Shown here: positions 38,783 to 50,810 of the stretch, piece after piece
Layout: each line of letters starts with the position of its first letter
Numbering within the stretch: position 1 is the stretch's first letter
Source of the DNA: Octopus vulgaris
Taxonomy: Eukaryota
Direction of reading: 5' to 3'
Assembly: GCA_951406725.2 (NCBI GenBank)
Contig: OX597818.1
Coordinates: 23,870,001 to 23,934,000 of the forward strand
DNA: 64,000 nucleotides
Program-made: the position numbers and the translations under genes
The notes under the pieces: generated by a model
Databases searched by the model: none
What the model saw: the letters and a program-made list of their open reading frames with translations, nothing else
Told to the model about the DNA's origin: nothing

Positions 38783-39923
38783 ATACAAGGGTTGGCTGAA
38801 AAGTTCATAAGCTGTCCCAAATGTTTATTTTTTAACATAATCCTCTTTGTGATCCACACAATTTTTCCATTGGTGTTGCAGCTTGGATTTCACTGGTGAA
38901 GCTTTCATTTGGTTGGCCAAAAAATGTCATCTATAGCAGATATGACATCATCACTGCAATACTGCTTCCCAGCCAAGTGTTTTTTCATGTTGTGGAACAG
39001 ATGAGACCAAATCAAGAAAATAGGAAAGGTAATCAACTAGTTCAAAGTCACAGCCATGTACAGCAACCATTAAAAGCAAGGATTTGTGTGCTGGAGTATT
39101 GTTCTGATAAAACAAGATCCCTTTCATCAGTTTTCCTGGACGTTTGGTTTTGATAGCCCTTTGTAACTGCCTCAACATGTTGGTATAGTACTCTCCATCA
39201 ATGGTGTAGTTCTTTTGAAGATAGTCAATAAATACAATGCTTTTTGCATCCCAAACAACTGAGACCATCACCTTCCCTGCAGCTTAAACATTGGCCTTCT
39301 TTGGAGCAGGTGAAGAGAGATGTCTCTACTGCATGGATTGTCTTTTTGTCCTTGGCTCAGTGTAATGAATTCAACACTCATCCTGGGTTAGGGAACCAAC
39401 TGGATTTGCCTGTGATGTGATCAGCCTGGTGTACTTTTGATCTGGTGTCAGAAGTGACAGCCATCAAGCAGAAACCTTTGTCGTGTCAAGTTCACTGAGC
39501 AGAATATTCTCTCTCACAGAATATGCTAATATCATTGGCTATTTGATTTATAGTCAGTTGCAGGATGTCCAAACCTTGAGTCATCGTCAAGACTCTCCCT
39601 TCCCCTCCTAAATTCAACTACCCACTTTTGCATTATTGATAAAGCTGGAACATTATCCCTTAATGTAACAACCATGTCAGCAAGAATGTCCTTGGAGCTA
39701 ATCCATTTTTTTTTCTGCAGCTACTTTAACATCATGATGCCAAACTTTGTCCATTTTCAAGAGAAGATGCCACTGGTTACTTTTGAAGTCTTCTTTGAAC
39801 TGTCAGATGTTGTTTTACCAGGAAAGAAATAATGCAGTTACTAATAAAGTGTTCTAATTAATGCATGCAAAATTTCACAACTCTAGCATCACTCCTTCAG
39901 AGTCAGCCTCAGTCCACCCTCAT
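38783..39923 (-). mobile_element. Mariner transposon, decayed near-full-length copy
   Basis: MVSVVWDAKSIVFIDYLQK...GILFYQNNTPAHKS; TIR relics at both ends. Confidence 0.85.
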
Positions 39924-40386
39924 AGATGAACTTACTTTGATAATGAGCTTGCAAAGCAACAAAAATGTAGAATTCTTAAAAGCACAACCAAATTTACCCA
40001 GTAATACAGGGGTTTTCAGACATTTTTCTTTTTTTAATCTATCGACCCCTTTGATTACTATTTAATTCTGGTGGACTCCCGTAGCCATTTTATATTTAAA
40101 AACTAATTTTATAGAAACTTCTCATTTTGTTTTTCACACATTAACTTGTGTAGGTTGAACTATGCAAAACGTTAGAGAAAGAAACCTAACTGTTTCTTGC
40201 AATAAATCTAAAGCAAAATTTTTTGAGAGGGCCCTTAAAATACAATTGTGGACCCCTGATTTACTATTTTTTTTTTGTATGGACTCTAGTTGAGAACCAC
40301 TCCTGTAGTAGATCAGCTAAACTCTACCACCATTACTTTTATTTCCTCCTCAGTAGCAAGGTATTTCTTGCATATGTAATAGCATT

Positions 40387-40604
40387 TGAACCCTTTCATT
40401 ACCAACCTAGCTTTGGCTCTGAGTACAAATGTCTTGTTTTCATAAGTTTTGAATTAAAATCTTCCACCAAACCTTAGTCACAATTTATGTTCCTAACACC
40501 AGCTGAATGATAACTAAGTTATTTTACTCAATTCTTTGTTATATTTAAAGTAATTGAAGGAAATACAGAGCATCTCAAAATAAATAGAGTAATGAAAGGG
40601 TTTA
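40387..40604. mobile_element. piggyBac-like MITE (family E)
   Basis: Near-identical internal sequence to 20263-20484. Confidence 0.8.
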
Positions 40605-41375
40605 CTGGCCACCTTCAGCTTTTCACATCTACACTAGTGTCATTGGAATCTTCAAGCCATAAGGTAATGCATGATTAATTCAAAACAATATGAATAAAAT
40701 GAGCATTACATTTAACAAAGTAATCTGAATGCTAAAAGGTTATCTATCTAGAATATTATGCATTTCTATTTGGATTTCAAAACTGTAATTAGTTTATTTT
40801 ATTTCCTTGCCTCTTATAGTTGATCCTTCAGTCCCATCTTGCTGCAATCATTCTCTTCATTCAGCAATTTTACTCCTTAACTTCCACTGTCATTCAGAAT
40901 AACTAGACACTTATTTGCAATCATGTTTAAAATTTTTCCCATGATTGCACCAGAGAAAAGTAACTAAATATTTCAGCAACCAAATTAAGTGATTATATTC
41001 TATTCCTTCTTGCCATAATCTTCACTAAATTATAAATATTATGACCAGCAACGGATGGACATTTGCAGCTTTCTGTTGCCCAAAGTACACTTCAGAATTA
41101 TGCAATTCCAAGTTATAGATTCCTCTGTACATTTTGGTTAACCATAACACAGGGAATGCAATTTTGTAGACAAACTCTTCTAAAGCTCCTGAAACCTGTC
41201 TGATGTGTATAATATATATACATAGATAGACAAAGAATGAGGGGTTTACTTCACTTGTGATCTAAACGAATAAGTATGCTGGGTAAGTGCTATAGTTGGT
41301 CAAATGTTAGGTTCCATGATCACAGCTAAGACTGGATCTAGGGATCTATGTTAGGGTCCTGTTACAGCAAGAATA

Positions 41376-42297
41376 TCTTATATCAGAGGAAGAATCACAA
41401 CCAAAGTAGAATGAGTATCTCAAGTCATTTAGAATAATACAATTAGAGCAAGGTGAACTTGAAGTCTCACAACCATTTCTAGGATAACCGAAGTGGTAGG
41501 TTAGCATGTGTCCATGTACTGAGTATTCCATCATCAGTGACAAGGTATGAACATTTTAGACAGGGAAAATTTAGTTTACAAGGAATAAAATAGAAATCTT
41601 TTTCTAGGATATGAATGTTGGTTGGTACTTCCATGGGACATAAATGGGTTTTGTGAGTGGGTGTATGAGAGAGATAGGTGAAAGGAATAAAAATAAGATA
41701 TTGGGTGAAAGGGTAAAAAATAATAAATAAAATTAAGGTAACGATATATCACTCCCATACACACTCACAACCCATTTGATACATTACTTTTAATCTAATT
41801 TTTTACCCTTATCTTATTTTTTCTTTCCAATCACCCTTTATCTCTCATACACCCACTCACAAAACCCATCTATGTCCATCATACTTTCTCGCTCTATATA
41901 CACATTTACAATATGAACACATCATTCAGAATACTTCCTGGATTTACCTAGGATTATTATTAAAGCCCTGTACCTTCATGGAAGTACCAACCAACATCCA
42001 TATCCTCTGGAAAAAGATGAGTTGTGAACATTATTCTCCTGCCTATATTCTTTTAACTACTTTTACTCCTTTATTCTTATATTTTATTCCTTGTAAATTG
42101 TAAATTTTCCTTATCTAAAACATTCATACATTGTCTCTGATGACGGAATATCCAATGCATGGACATGCTAACCTACCACTTGGGTTATCCCAGAAATGGC
42201 TGTAAGACTTTAAATTTACCATACCCTAATTAAATCATTTTAAATTACTTGAGATACTTTTTCTGCCTTGGTTGCAATTTTTCCTCTAATAAATATA
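41376..42297. mobile_element. ~920-bp imperfect foldback (inverted pLTR-like arms) with a hammerhead in each arm; probable Penelope-like remnant
   Basis: 41376-41635 pairs with ~41975-42297, and 41636-41710 pairs with ~41800-41878; right end runs into (TA)n. Confidence 0.7.
42133..42208 (+). ncRNA. Type-I hammerhead ribozyme fold with intact core
   Basis: Stem I GTCT/AGAC; CTGATGA 42137-42143; long imperfect stem II (CGGAATA...TATCCCA); GAAA 42193-42196; minimal stem III AT-ggct-GT; cleavage triplet GTA 42202-42204. Confidence 0.65.
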
Positions 42298-43291
42298 TAT
42301 ATATATATATATATACACAGATAGATAGATAGGTAAAGGTTCAAAAATACCTAGTGGTATTAGGTTTCATCCTCTTACACACAATGACTCTGCCTTCCAA
42401 CCTTGAGGTCATAGAATATATACCAAAGAAAGAACTACAGTCAATATAATAAAGCCTCTTGACAGTTGCACCTCACACATGTTCATAGACCAATGCCTGA
42501 AAATAATGGTACATTCTGTAAAAGGACTTACACTTGGAAAAACATCCAGCTGTAGAAACCATGCCAAAAAATGGAACATACAAGCAAAATGTCGCCCTCT
42601 GACCCATCTAGGGGAGGTGTAACTATGAATAAGAATCAACTCAGACCATAACTCGCCTAACCCATACAAATATGACAAACATGAGTCTATACTTACGATA
42701 GGGCATGATTTATTTTGCTGGACTGTCTACTAGTTTTGTATTTAACACTACAGAGTGCAAACCAGATGTGAAAAGAATATAAAACCAGCATTTTCTCTTT
42801 ACAAGTTTTTATTGTTTCTGTAGATCATGGCAAATTATAAAAATTTTGTTTGGTTAATCAGTTTTATGTGGCATGGATGAAAAAACAATATTAACTCATG
42901 TGGAGAGTAAATATGGTATTTTCCTTTAAAAAAAACATACTTTACATTGTAAAGCAAGTCAAGATAGTTGATAAAACATTATTGGTCTAATGTAAAACAC
43001 TTTAGACATAAATATTTTCCTGTAACCTATAATTTCAACAATATATCTATATTCATTTTAAGGCATTTTGACATTAAGAGGAACAATCCTCTAATGGACA
43101 ACTCAGTGTTAGAGAAAACAGGCTGTCCTTGCTGCTGGCTTTCAGTAGGATATACTGTGAAAATTCCATTGGTCAAATAGTAAAAGAAAAAAGATATAAA
43201 GCCATGATTTTTGTCTTGTGTTTTCTTTTATGTACTGTATATACACAAAAAAATGGATGAGTTCATGAATGTTAAAAATATAAAATAATGT

Positions 43292-43456
43292 CTATTTTTT
43301 AGGTGGTGGCCTGTAACAGCCAACTACCACAGCATGATCTCTTTCATAAGGTTCAAGTGTCAGCTGTTCAAGGGGTTTAATTTTTTCAGCTTTCATTTTG
43401 TTTACTTCACCAGCAAATACTGCTTCTGGTTCTGCTGTAGAATCTATACAATTAGC
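43292..43456 (-). CDS. FBL: Fibrillarin exon 8 ([18 protein letters not shown]...[21 protein letters not shown])
   Basis: Conserved fibrillarin C-terminus; gcag| acceptor; TAG stop; candidate AATAAA at 42813-42808. Confidence 0.97.
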   Translation of the reverse strand, partial: ANCIDSTAEPEAVFAGEVNKMKAEKIKPLEQLTLEPYERDHAVVVGCYRPPPKK

Positions 43457-43678
43457 CTGCAACACAGAAGGAAAAAATAGTTCAAATAATATATTTCAGT
43501 GTTATGAAGGATATGCTGGAAGACAGAAGCGACATTAGCAATATATGTGAAATGAATCTAACAAGTAATTGAAACCAAATTAAGACTTGTCTTGCTTACA
43601 ACATCACTAAGCCAATAATTCCAATACAAATAATGCTAAGTAACAGGAATTAAATATATATTAGATGATGTAACTAAT

Positions 43679-44045
43679 GTATCAAGTTGGAAAGAAGTCT
43701 TATTGCATTTCTGGCATGATCACTTTGAGGGTACTTGTTCAATACTTATGCATTAAGTTTTACACTGTTCTTTGTCTTTCTTTGCAGATAACATTATACC
43801 ATAGTGGTTAAATTTGTATCAACTTTACCCTTTTCTATGTGAAGAGGTTAAAAATGATACTGCTTCTTTGCTTTGACATCTGAAGAATTTTACACCCAAG
43901 GGATTAACAACTTGCCAAATAGATAGGATAATGTTGTCAGTAACGAGGGGAAATATCTTGATTAAACAAATCAATTAAAGATTAAAAGAAACATTTGTTT
44001 CTTTCTCATCTTGAAATATAATGGGACTTACTTTCCAACCTAATA
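43679..44045. mobile_element. Mariner-derived MITE in fibrillarin intron 7
   Basis: Imperfect TIRs tatcaagttggaaagaagtc / gacttactttccaacctaata. Confidence 0.65.
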
Positions 44046-44237
44046 CCAAGTAAAAGAGTAGAATATAATTTTTATACTAGATCAAGAACAATTTTCCCAG
44101 TATATTACTATTACTCATTCTACTGCCAATAGAAATAAGCAGTTAAATTGACTGAGGCATTATTTTTTAAATTCAGGTGTAAAACAAATACGAATCAAAT
44201 ATTGCTATTATTTAATTTGAAGATATTAAGAATTTAC

Positions 44238-44350
44238 CTTAATAGAAATGACAACATATCCATTGTTCTTTAAAAAGTGATGTGCATTCAAAGCAACGAT
44301 TCTAGCTTGGTCTGGTTGAGCAACATCAGAGAAAATTGTATCAACTATGC
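44238..44350 (-). CDS. FBL: Fibrillarin exon 7 ([37 protein letters not shown])
   Basis: Conserved motif; cag/gt boundaries; 113 nt. Confidence 0.98.
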
Positions 44351-44442
44351 CTGGAAAAAAAAAATTTATGATCAGCATTGAAATAAAATACACTATAAAG
44401 AATACAGAGAATACAAAATAAACTGATAATACTAATGCTTAC

Positions 44443-44575
44443 CAACTAACATTCTGTATTTCAATGGATGTCGAGCATCTTCAATAATTGGTACAATATT
44501 GGTGCGTTTTGTAGCAACATTTAATAAATCCCGACCACTTCGATGGGAAAACTCTACAGCATAGACAATGCCTTC
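44443..44575 (-). CDS. FBL: Fibrillarin exon 6 ([44 protein letters not shown])
   Basis: Fibrillarin signature; 133 nt; tag/gt boundaries. Confidence 0.98.
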
Positions 44576-45693
44576 CTATAGAAAAGAATTTAGATCATTA
44601 ACAGAGGTCAAGAAGTTCAACAGACTAAATGCTAGCTCAGCCTTATCTTCATATTCCCAACTAAATATCTCACACCTACACACACAAAAAAAAAAAAAAA
44701 ACACTCAAAATTAATAAAATATTTCCCAACAGCATCTTTCCTAATAAAACTTTATTTGTTGCTTTGGAAATTTCTTATATTAACCAAATAAGAAACATCT
44801 TCCAGTTATAAGTAAGTCTTGGTGAGCAATCTATCCCCATGGATTTAATAAAGGGTTCAATTCTAAATTTCCAAGAACATTACTGAAAGCAACAGATGGT
44901 GAGAGAGAACTACCAAAACATTATATTACTATAAACAACCAAAATGAAGGTATTTACTCTGAATGTTTCAGTATAATACTGATTTTTTTCCTCGCACATA
45001 ATTTTGAAACCAACACATGTACATTACTGAAAGCAGCTTGAACCACTAAAAGTTTTCTCTAACATGTGAGAAAATATTTCAATTCTACTATGCAGCAAAC
45101 ATTCCAGAATTTTCAGTACTAGCACCAGGAACAAAAACTGGAGTGACAGATTTATAAAAATCCCCTTGATTTACCTTTCATCTTTACATCAATATACCAA
45201 TACAAATTATGTTATGTTACTGATAATGTGCGACTTTATTAATGTGCACCATCCAACATTGTTATAAGTTTGTGTTCTCTGAATTTATTCTACATTCTAT
45301 TTCTGTTACTTATTCTTCAAATTGTAAAGACTTCAGATTTAACTGCAGGCACACACACAGATAAGTGAACTTCTTTCACTTTTCGTCTATTTGACCCACT
45401 CACAAGGCTTTGGTCAGCCTGTGGCCATAGGAGAAGACACTTGCCCAATGTCACACAATGGGACTAAACTTGAGACCACATAGTGGGGAAGCAAACTTCT
45501 AACTTCAGCCACAATGCTATCTACTTTCCTCATATGGAAAGTAATCCAATACTTCACAACCAATATCCATAAATGAAAGTAACTAAAGTTTAAAAATTGT
45601 ACTTTCCCCAGACTTGATATTCAAAGGCTGGTTTCTAGGGACAAAAATATTAATTTTACAAACAGAAACAAAAATTTCAAGTTGACAACTCAC

Positions 45694-45864
45694 TGGACCA
45701 ACGAGATCTGAAACGTGGCTAACTGTGGTCCCTGAAGCAGCTCCTAAATATAAAACTTTGCTCCCTGGTTTCATGTGGATGTCATCAATTCCACCAAGAA
45801 TAGCTGCTGCTAACTTGGACCGGAAAGGATTCCATGCTCTGTATTCAATTTTTTTGTCTCCTTC
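45694..45864 (-). CDS. FBL: Fibrillarin exon 5 ([25 protein letters not shown]...[22 protein letters not shown])
   Basis: SAM-binding motif; 171 nt; cag/gt boundaries. Confidence 0.98.
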
Positions 45865-46129
45865 CTGGAATTAGAAAAAGTAATAAATAAATAAAAGAGA
45901 TTAAATTTGTATCAAATAATATGCAATATTGTACGAAATTACAAAGTATTAAAGCTAGCAAGTTTTCTGATCCTACAATGCATCCAATAGCAGATAATAC
46001 AAAGCCATTTCTACAGAAAAAGAATTCTTAGAAAAGAATATTCAAAACTCAGTGCATAAAAATGATTATGCTCCAAGCTGTTCTATACATGACAACTACT
46101 CTATCCAGTCCAAATATTCTACCTGTCTC

Positions 46130-46655
46130 ATGTTTAAACTGGTAAAAACCAGCCTCTTACACTTACCCTACAATATCATTCTAAAAGTAAACAACCACAT
46201 TAAAAGTTTGAAGCTTTGACATAAGCCATGACTAATTACGACCATTTAACATTCAGATTCATTTATGCAATGTATTATTTATCTACATTTTAAAAAATTA
46301 ACCATGTAGAATCTTACAGCTTCAAAATTTTGAAGATGTGATTGTTTATTTTTAGAATGACAATGTAGGGTAGGTGTGAGAGCCTGGATATGGTTGGTTT
46401 GAACATACAACAGGTATAATATTTGGGTTGGATGTGGCTGGATTAAATGCTAAATAGTTAAAGTAAGATTTCTCCAACCCTCTTTACCCTACCAATTTTG
46501 TACAGAATTAACAAGTGGCACTTATATTCATTAACCCTTTAGCATTTAAAACAGCCATATCTGGCCCAAATATTCTATCTATGTTTTGTTCAAACCAGCC
46601 AGATCCAGCCTCTCACACCTACCTTACAATATCCTACTAAAAATATGCAATTACA
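46130..46655. mobile_element. Cluster of TTAA-type MITE fragments (family F) in fibrillarin intron 4
   Basis: ttaacccttttagcatt termini; related to 30326-30530 and 40650-40742. Confidence 0.55.
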
Positions 46656-47140
46656 TCATCATCATCATTTAACGTCCGTTGTCCATGCTGGTATGGGTTG
46701 GACGGTTTGATCAGGGCTGGCAAGCTGCACTAGGATCCAGTCTGTCTTGGCAAAGTTTCTATGACTGGATGCCCTTCCTAACATGAACCACCCGAGAGTG
46801 TAATGGGTACTTTTATGTGCTACTGGTATGGATGGCATTTGCGTGACACCAGTATCTGCCACGACTGCGGTTTTACTTGGCTTGATGGGTCTTTTCAAGC
46901 ACAGAATAATGCCAAATGGACTCAAGTCATTGCCTCTGTGAGGCCCAATGCTCAAAGCCCGGCATAATGACAAATAGTCTCAGTCCTTTCCTCTGCGAGG
47001 CCCAGCACTTAAAAGGTGCTTTTACATGCCATTGGTACAGGTGCCATTTGCATGACAGCAATATCTGCCACAACTGCAATTTTACTTGGCATGTTGGGTC
47101 TTCTCAAGCACAATATAATACCAATGGTCTCAATCACATC
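46656..47140 (-). mobile_element. SINE-like family A variant in fibrillarin intron 4
   Basis: (cat)n-ttaacgtccg...catgctggtatgggttggacgg is the reverse of the family A tail. Confidence 0.7.
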
Positions 47141-47226
47141 ATTGACATCAAAAGAATGTGAATAAATTAAGTACTATATTTGACAGAGTAAAAAAAAAAA
47201 AAAGACAAGAAAAAAAGACACCTTAC

Positions 47227-47321
47227 TTCAACAGCAATTTTTTTCTCGCCATATACACTATCTCCAACGACCATATTTTTTGTAACCAATACATCTTCTT
47301 TACCACGAGCAATAAAAACAC
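47227..47321 (-). CDS. FBL: Fibrillarin exon 4 ([32 protein letters not shown])
   Basis: Conserved motif; 95 nt. Confidence 0.97.
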
Positions 47322-47437
47322 CTATTTAAAGTAAGATTAAAACTATTAGATACATGAAATAAAACAGGACATCTTAATGAAAGTAAAACACAATCAAAAT
47401 AAGCATTAAAAACTGAAGACTATCACTATTAGCTTAC

Positions 47438-47497
47438 CTTCATGTCTGTGAGGTTCAATTATAACTTTCTGCCCACCTCTCATACCACCTCGGCCAC
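47438..47497 (-). CDS. FBL: Fibrillarin exon 3 (GGRGGMRGGQKVIIEPHRHE)
   Basis: 60 nt; phase 1 on both sides; tag/gt boundaries. Confidence 0.96.
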
Positions 47498-47608
47498 CTA
47501 AAAAGCAAACAAATTTAAGTGTACTCTCAAGACTATTATCAGGAAGAGTGAAAGAACTGAATAGCACCAAATATTTTAAGAAAATAAGACAATTAAAAAG
47601 ATATTTAC

Positions 47609-47827
47609 CCCCACGTCCTCTGCCACCAAATCCTCCTCTGCCACCTCCACCCCGGCCACCGAATCCTCCTCTACCACCACCGCCACCTCTGCCACCAAAG
47701 CCTCCACGTCCACCTCCACCACCAAAGCCTCCACGTCCACCTCCGCCACCAAAGCCTCCACGTCCACCTCCACGGCCACCAAAGCCACCGCGACCACCTC
47801 CGCGTCCACCACCTCGAGGTGAGAATC
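47609..47827 (-). CDS. FBL: Fibrillarin exon 2, GAR/RGG domain (GFSPRGGGRGGGRGGFGG...)
   Basis: Gly/Arg/Phe repeats; 219 nt; phase 1 on both sides. Confidence 0.96.
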
Positions 47828-48188
47828 CTGAAAAAGAAGGAAAAAAAGAATATTATTTAAATTATTTTACTTAGTGTTAATCCTGAATGAAGTTACAAAA
47901 TCTTTGAATGATAATCTTGATATTATAATGAAAATTAATAGAATCAACAATGATCACAGTTTTAATAATTTGAGTATTAAGGCAGGCAAAATGCTTAGCA
48001 ACATTTCATCCGTCTTTACACTCTGAATTCAAATTTGGCTGAGGTTGACTTTACCTTTCATCCTTTCAGGGTCAATAAACTAAGTACCTGTTGAGTATTG
48101 GGGTCGATGTAATGACCTTACTTCTACCCCCGAAATTGATGGCCTTGTGCCAAAATTTGAAACCAATAAATTTGAGTATTGAAACTAT

Positions 48189-48417
48189 TTAACCCTTTCG
48201 TTACCGTATTTATTTTGAGATGCTCTGTGTTTCTTTCAATTACTTTAGATGCAACAAAGAATTTAGTAAAATAATTTCGTTATTATTAAGCTAGTGTTAG
48301 GAACATAAATTGTGGCTAACGTTTGGTGGAAGATTTTAATTCAAAATTTATGAAAACAAGACATTTGTACTACAGAGCCAGAGCAAGTTTCAGCTGGGTT
48401 GGTAACGAAAGGGTTAA
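48189..48417. mobile_element. piggyBac-like MITE (family E), intact ends
   Basis: TTAA-ccctttcgttacc...ggtaacgaaaggg-TTAA. Confidence 0.9.
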
Positions 48418-50810
48418 GGACAACCACTATGTTGCTAGTTTTGTTTATCTGCAAAAATATCATTCAACATTTAGTGTTTCTTTAATTTTGATATCTTACC
48501 GATGAAAGCAGGCAGAAAGACATTGTGATGATCAGTTACATCTCATTCTGAGAATCAAATCATATTAGGGTCACTTTTACCTTTCAGCCCTCCACTAACA
48601 AAATATGTAGTACAGTAAAATCGATTTTCTGGTAACTTAGATTCTGAGATTTATTTTTCAGCTTGCTACCTCACTATCAAATTATTCTACAAGATCTTAT
48701 TTGATTCAAAATATAGTTTCGTCAAGAGAATTCAATGCTTTAGATTCTCAGTTAAAATTTGGTAAATAACTTGGTCAAGTCATCAAGTTTACAATGCTCT
48801 TATTGGATGGTTCTGTCAATAACAACATTGAGAATTCAGTGGTTCAATCAAATGAATTAATGATGTTAATACACCTCCTCTGATAGATAGGAAGAACATT
48901 ATCTTACTTGGAAACAGATGAGAGTTGACATCAGAAAGGGCATCATATAGAAAATTGCATTTTTTTTTATAGTCAAAGGCATAGCTGTATGAATGAGAAG
49001 CTTGCTTCTCAACCACATAGTTTCAAGTTCAGTCCAACTGTGCAACACTTTGGGCAAGTGTCTTCCATAAACTCAGATCAACCACAAAGGCATGTGAGAG
49101 AACTTGGTAGGCCGAAGTTCTCTTTTGTGTGTGTCAAAGTGCTTGAACCTCCTTTGACAGATAGGAAGAAAAAAGTGATTGAACATTTCACGGATACAAT
49201 GTAATTCTTAAGCAGAATCAGCATGACAGTATGTGACAAAGCTGTACCCTTGAATTACAAGATAGAGTCCATCCATCAGAAACCTATACAGTTTCCATCT
49301 ACCCAAGTTTCACTCACAAGGATATGGGATGATCTGTCTATATAAAAAAATTACACTTGATCAAGTTGCCATGCAGTGGAATCAAACCAAGGGTCTCATG
49401 ATTATGAAGCAAACTTCTTAACCAATTGGCTACAATGCATCTATACTTGTTATATAACGCCAAGTTAGACCCTAATCAAACAGACCTACAATCAAAAGCA
49501 TTCTGACAATGACCATCCTGTCTTTTTTTTCAGGCATAATATATCTTGGACTAGACTGCTTGATATTTCTATCCTTTTCTCAGATAGCAGAATGTATATG
49601 CTACTTCTAGCTAGTCAAGCAACCACAAGGACTCCTGTAAACCAATGGGAACAGGGCTGAAGCATGAATTTTTCAAAAGTGATAGTTCCTACATCTAAGA
49701 GCTAGGACAAACAGCTACTCTGAATTTTTCTTGTATTTATAAAATATTTCTAAAGACCTTATTCTGAGCCACTGCGGAAGCTCTTGCATGGTTGCACAAT
49801 ATATTAGAATTAGTATATCTCTCAAGTTATACTATACACTCTTAAAAAATGAAGGCTACATTGAATAATGTTGTTCATTACCCTTACTAGCATAAAGTCT
49901 TATTTTAGATTTAAAAATCATTAATGTAAACACTGTTTATCTAGCTGGCAACTGTTCCATTCAACGCTAAAAGGGAGGAGTAGTTGACATATTTTATGTG
50001 AATGCTGTAGCAGTAGTTTACACATAATATATTTGTATTACTCCACTATTGAATACTATTACTACAGCCTTCACAACTAGGGGCGTTTCTTTGCTTTTCA
50101 TAATTTTGCATGTTCACAATTACTGTAGTCACATTTCTCTAATTTCTAAATCAGATATGTTATATCAGGAGTCACTTTCTCTAGTTTATGCCTATTGCTT
50201 GCAAATTTCTAGAAACCATATTTCAAGTAATTTTTGAAGCTGATATTTTTTTGTTTGTTTTTCCTTCTTTCAATAATTCAAAATTAACAATACATTGCTA
50301 GTTAGGTTAAATGAACAGTTAATATTCTACGATAAAATTTAATTACACTGCTAGCAATTAAAATTGTGTAAATTATTAAGTTTAGACTAGAAAAAAACCT
50401 TTTGCTCTAGAAACCAAGTGAAACAGGAACTTTTTGCAGATTATTTTTCAATTTACTATTCTTCTGTAAATGGTTATAATCATGCAGGAACACAAACCAT
50501 GTTTTAAAAAAATAATCTTCAGTAAATTTCTGTTGATAATTAGTTACCATGTTCAATACATATGATTCAAGTCTAAATATATATCAATTGATAATTAATT
50601 CACTAATCATTTAAATACCAGGTTTCCCCGATGTATTTTAAAACTTTTGAAGTTACAGAATCTACTAAATTAAAGAATGCTCCAAAATAATCCTGAAATC
50701 TATACATTACTGAACTATACGAATAATCAACAGATCATTTTGTGTGTTCCTAAACTGTGCCAATTTACTAAGTCACTATTTCATTGCAAGTTACTTTCAG
50801 CCTGTCATAC

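Noticed and set aside
43496-43607. C/D snoRNA candidate in fibrillarin intron 7 (GTGATGT...CTGA), and a similar one at ~45113-45192
   Set aside because: Degenerate C boxes and no recognisable rRNA guide; expected by chance in AT-rich DNA.
47548-47874. Proline-rich ORF on the + strand
   Set aside because: Antisense shadow of the fibrillarin GAR exon.
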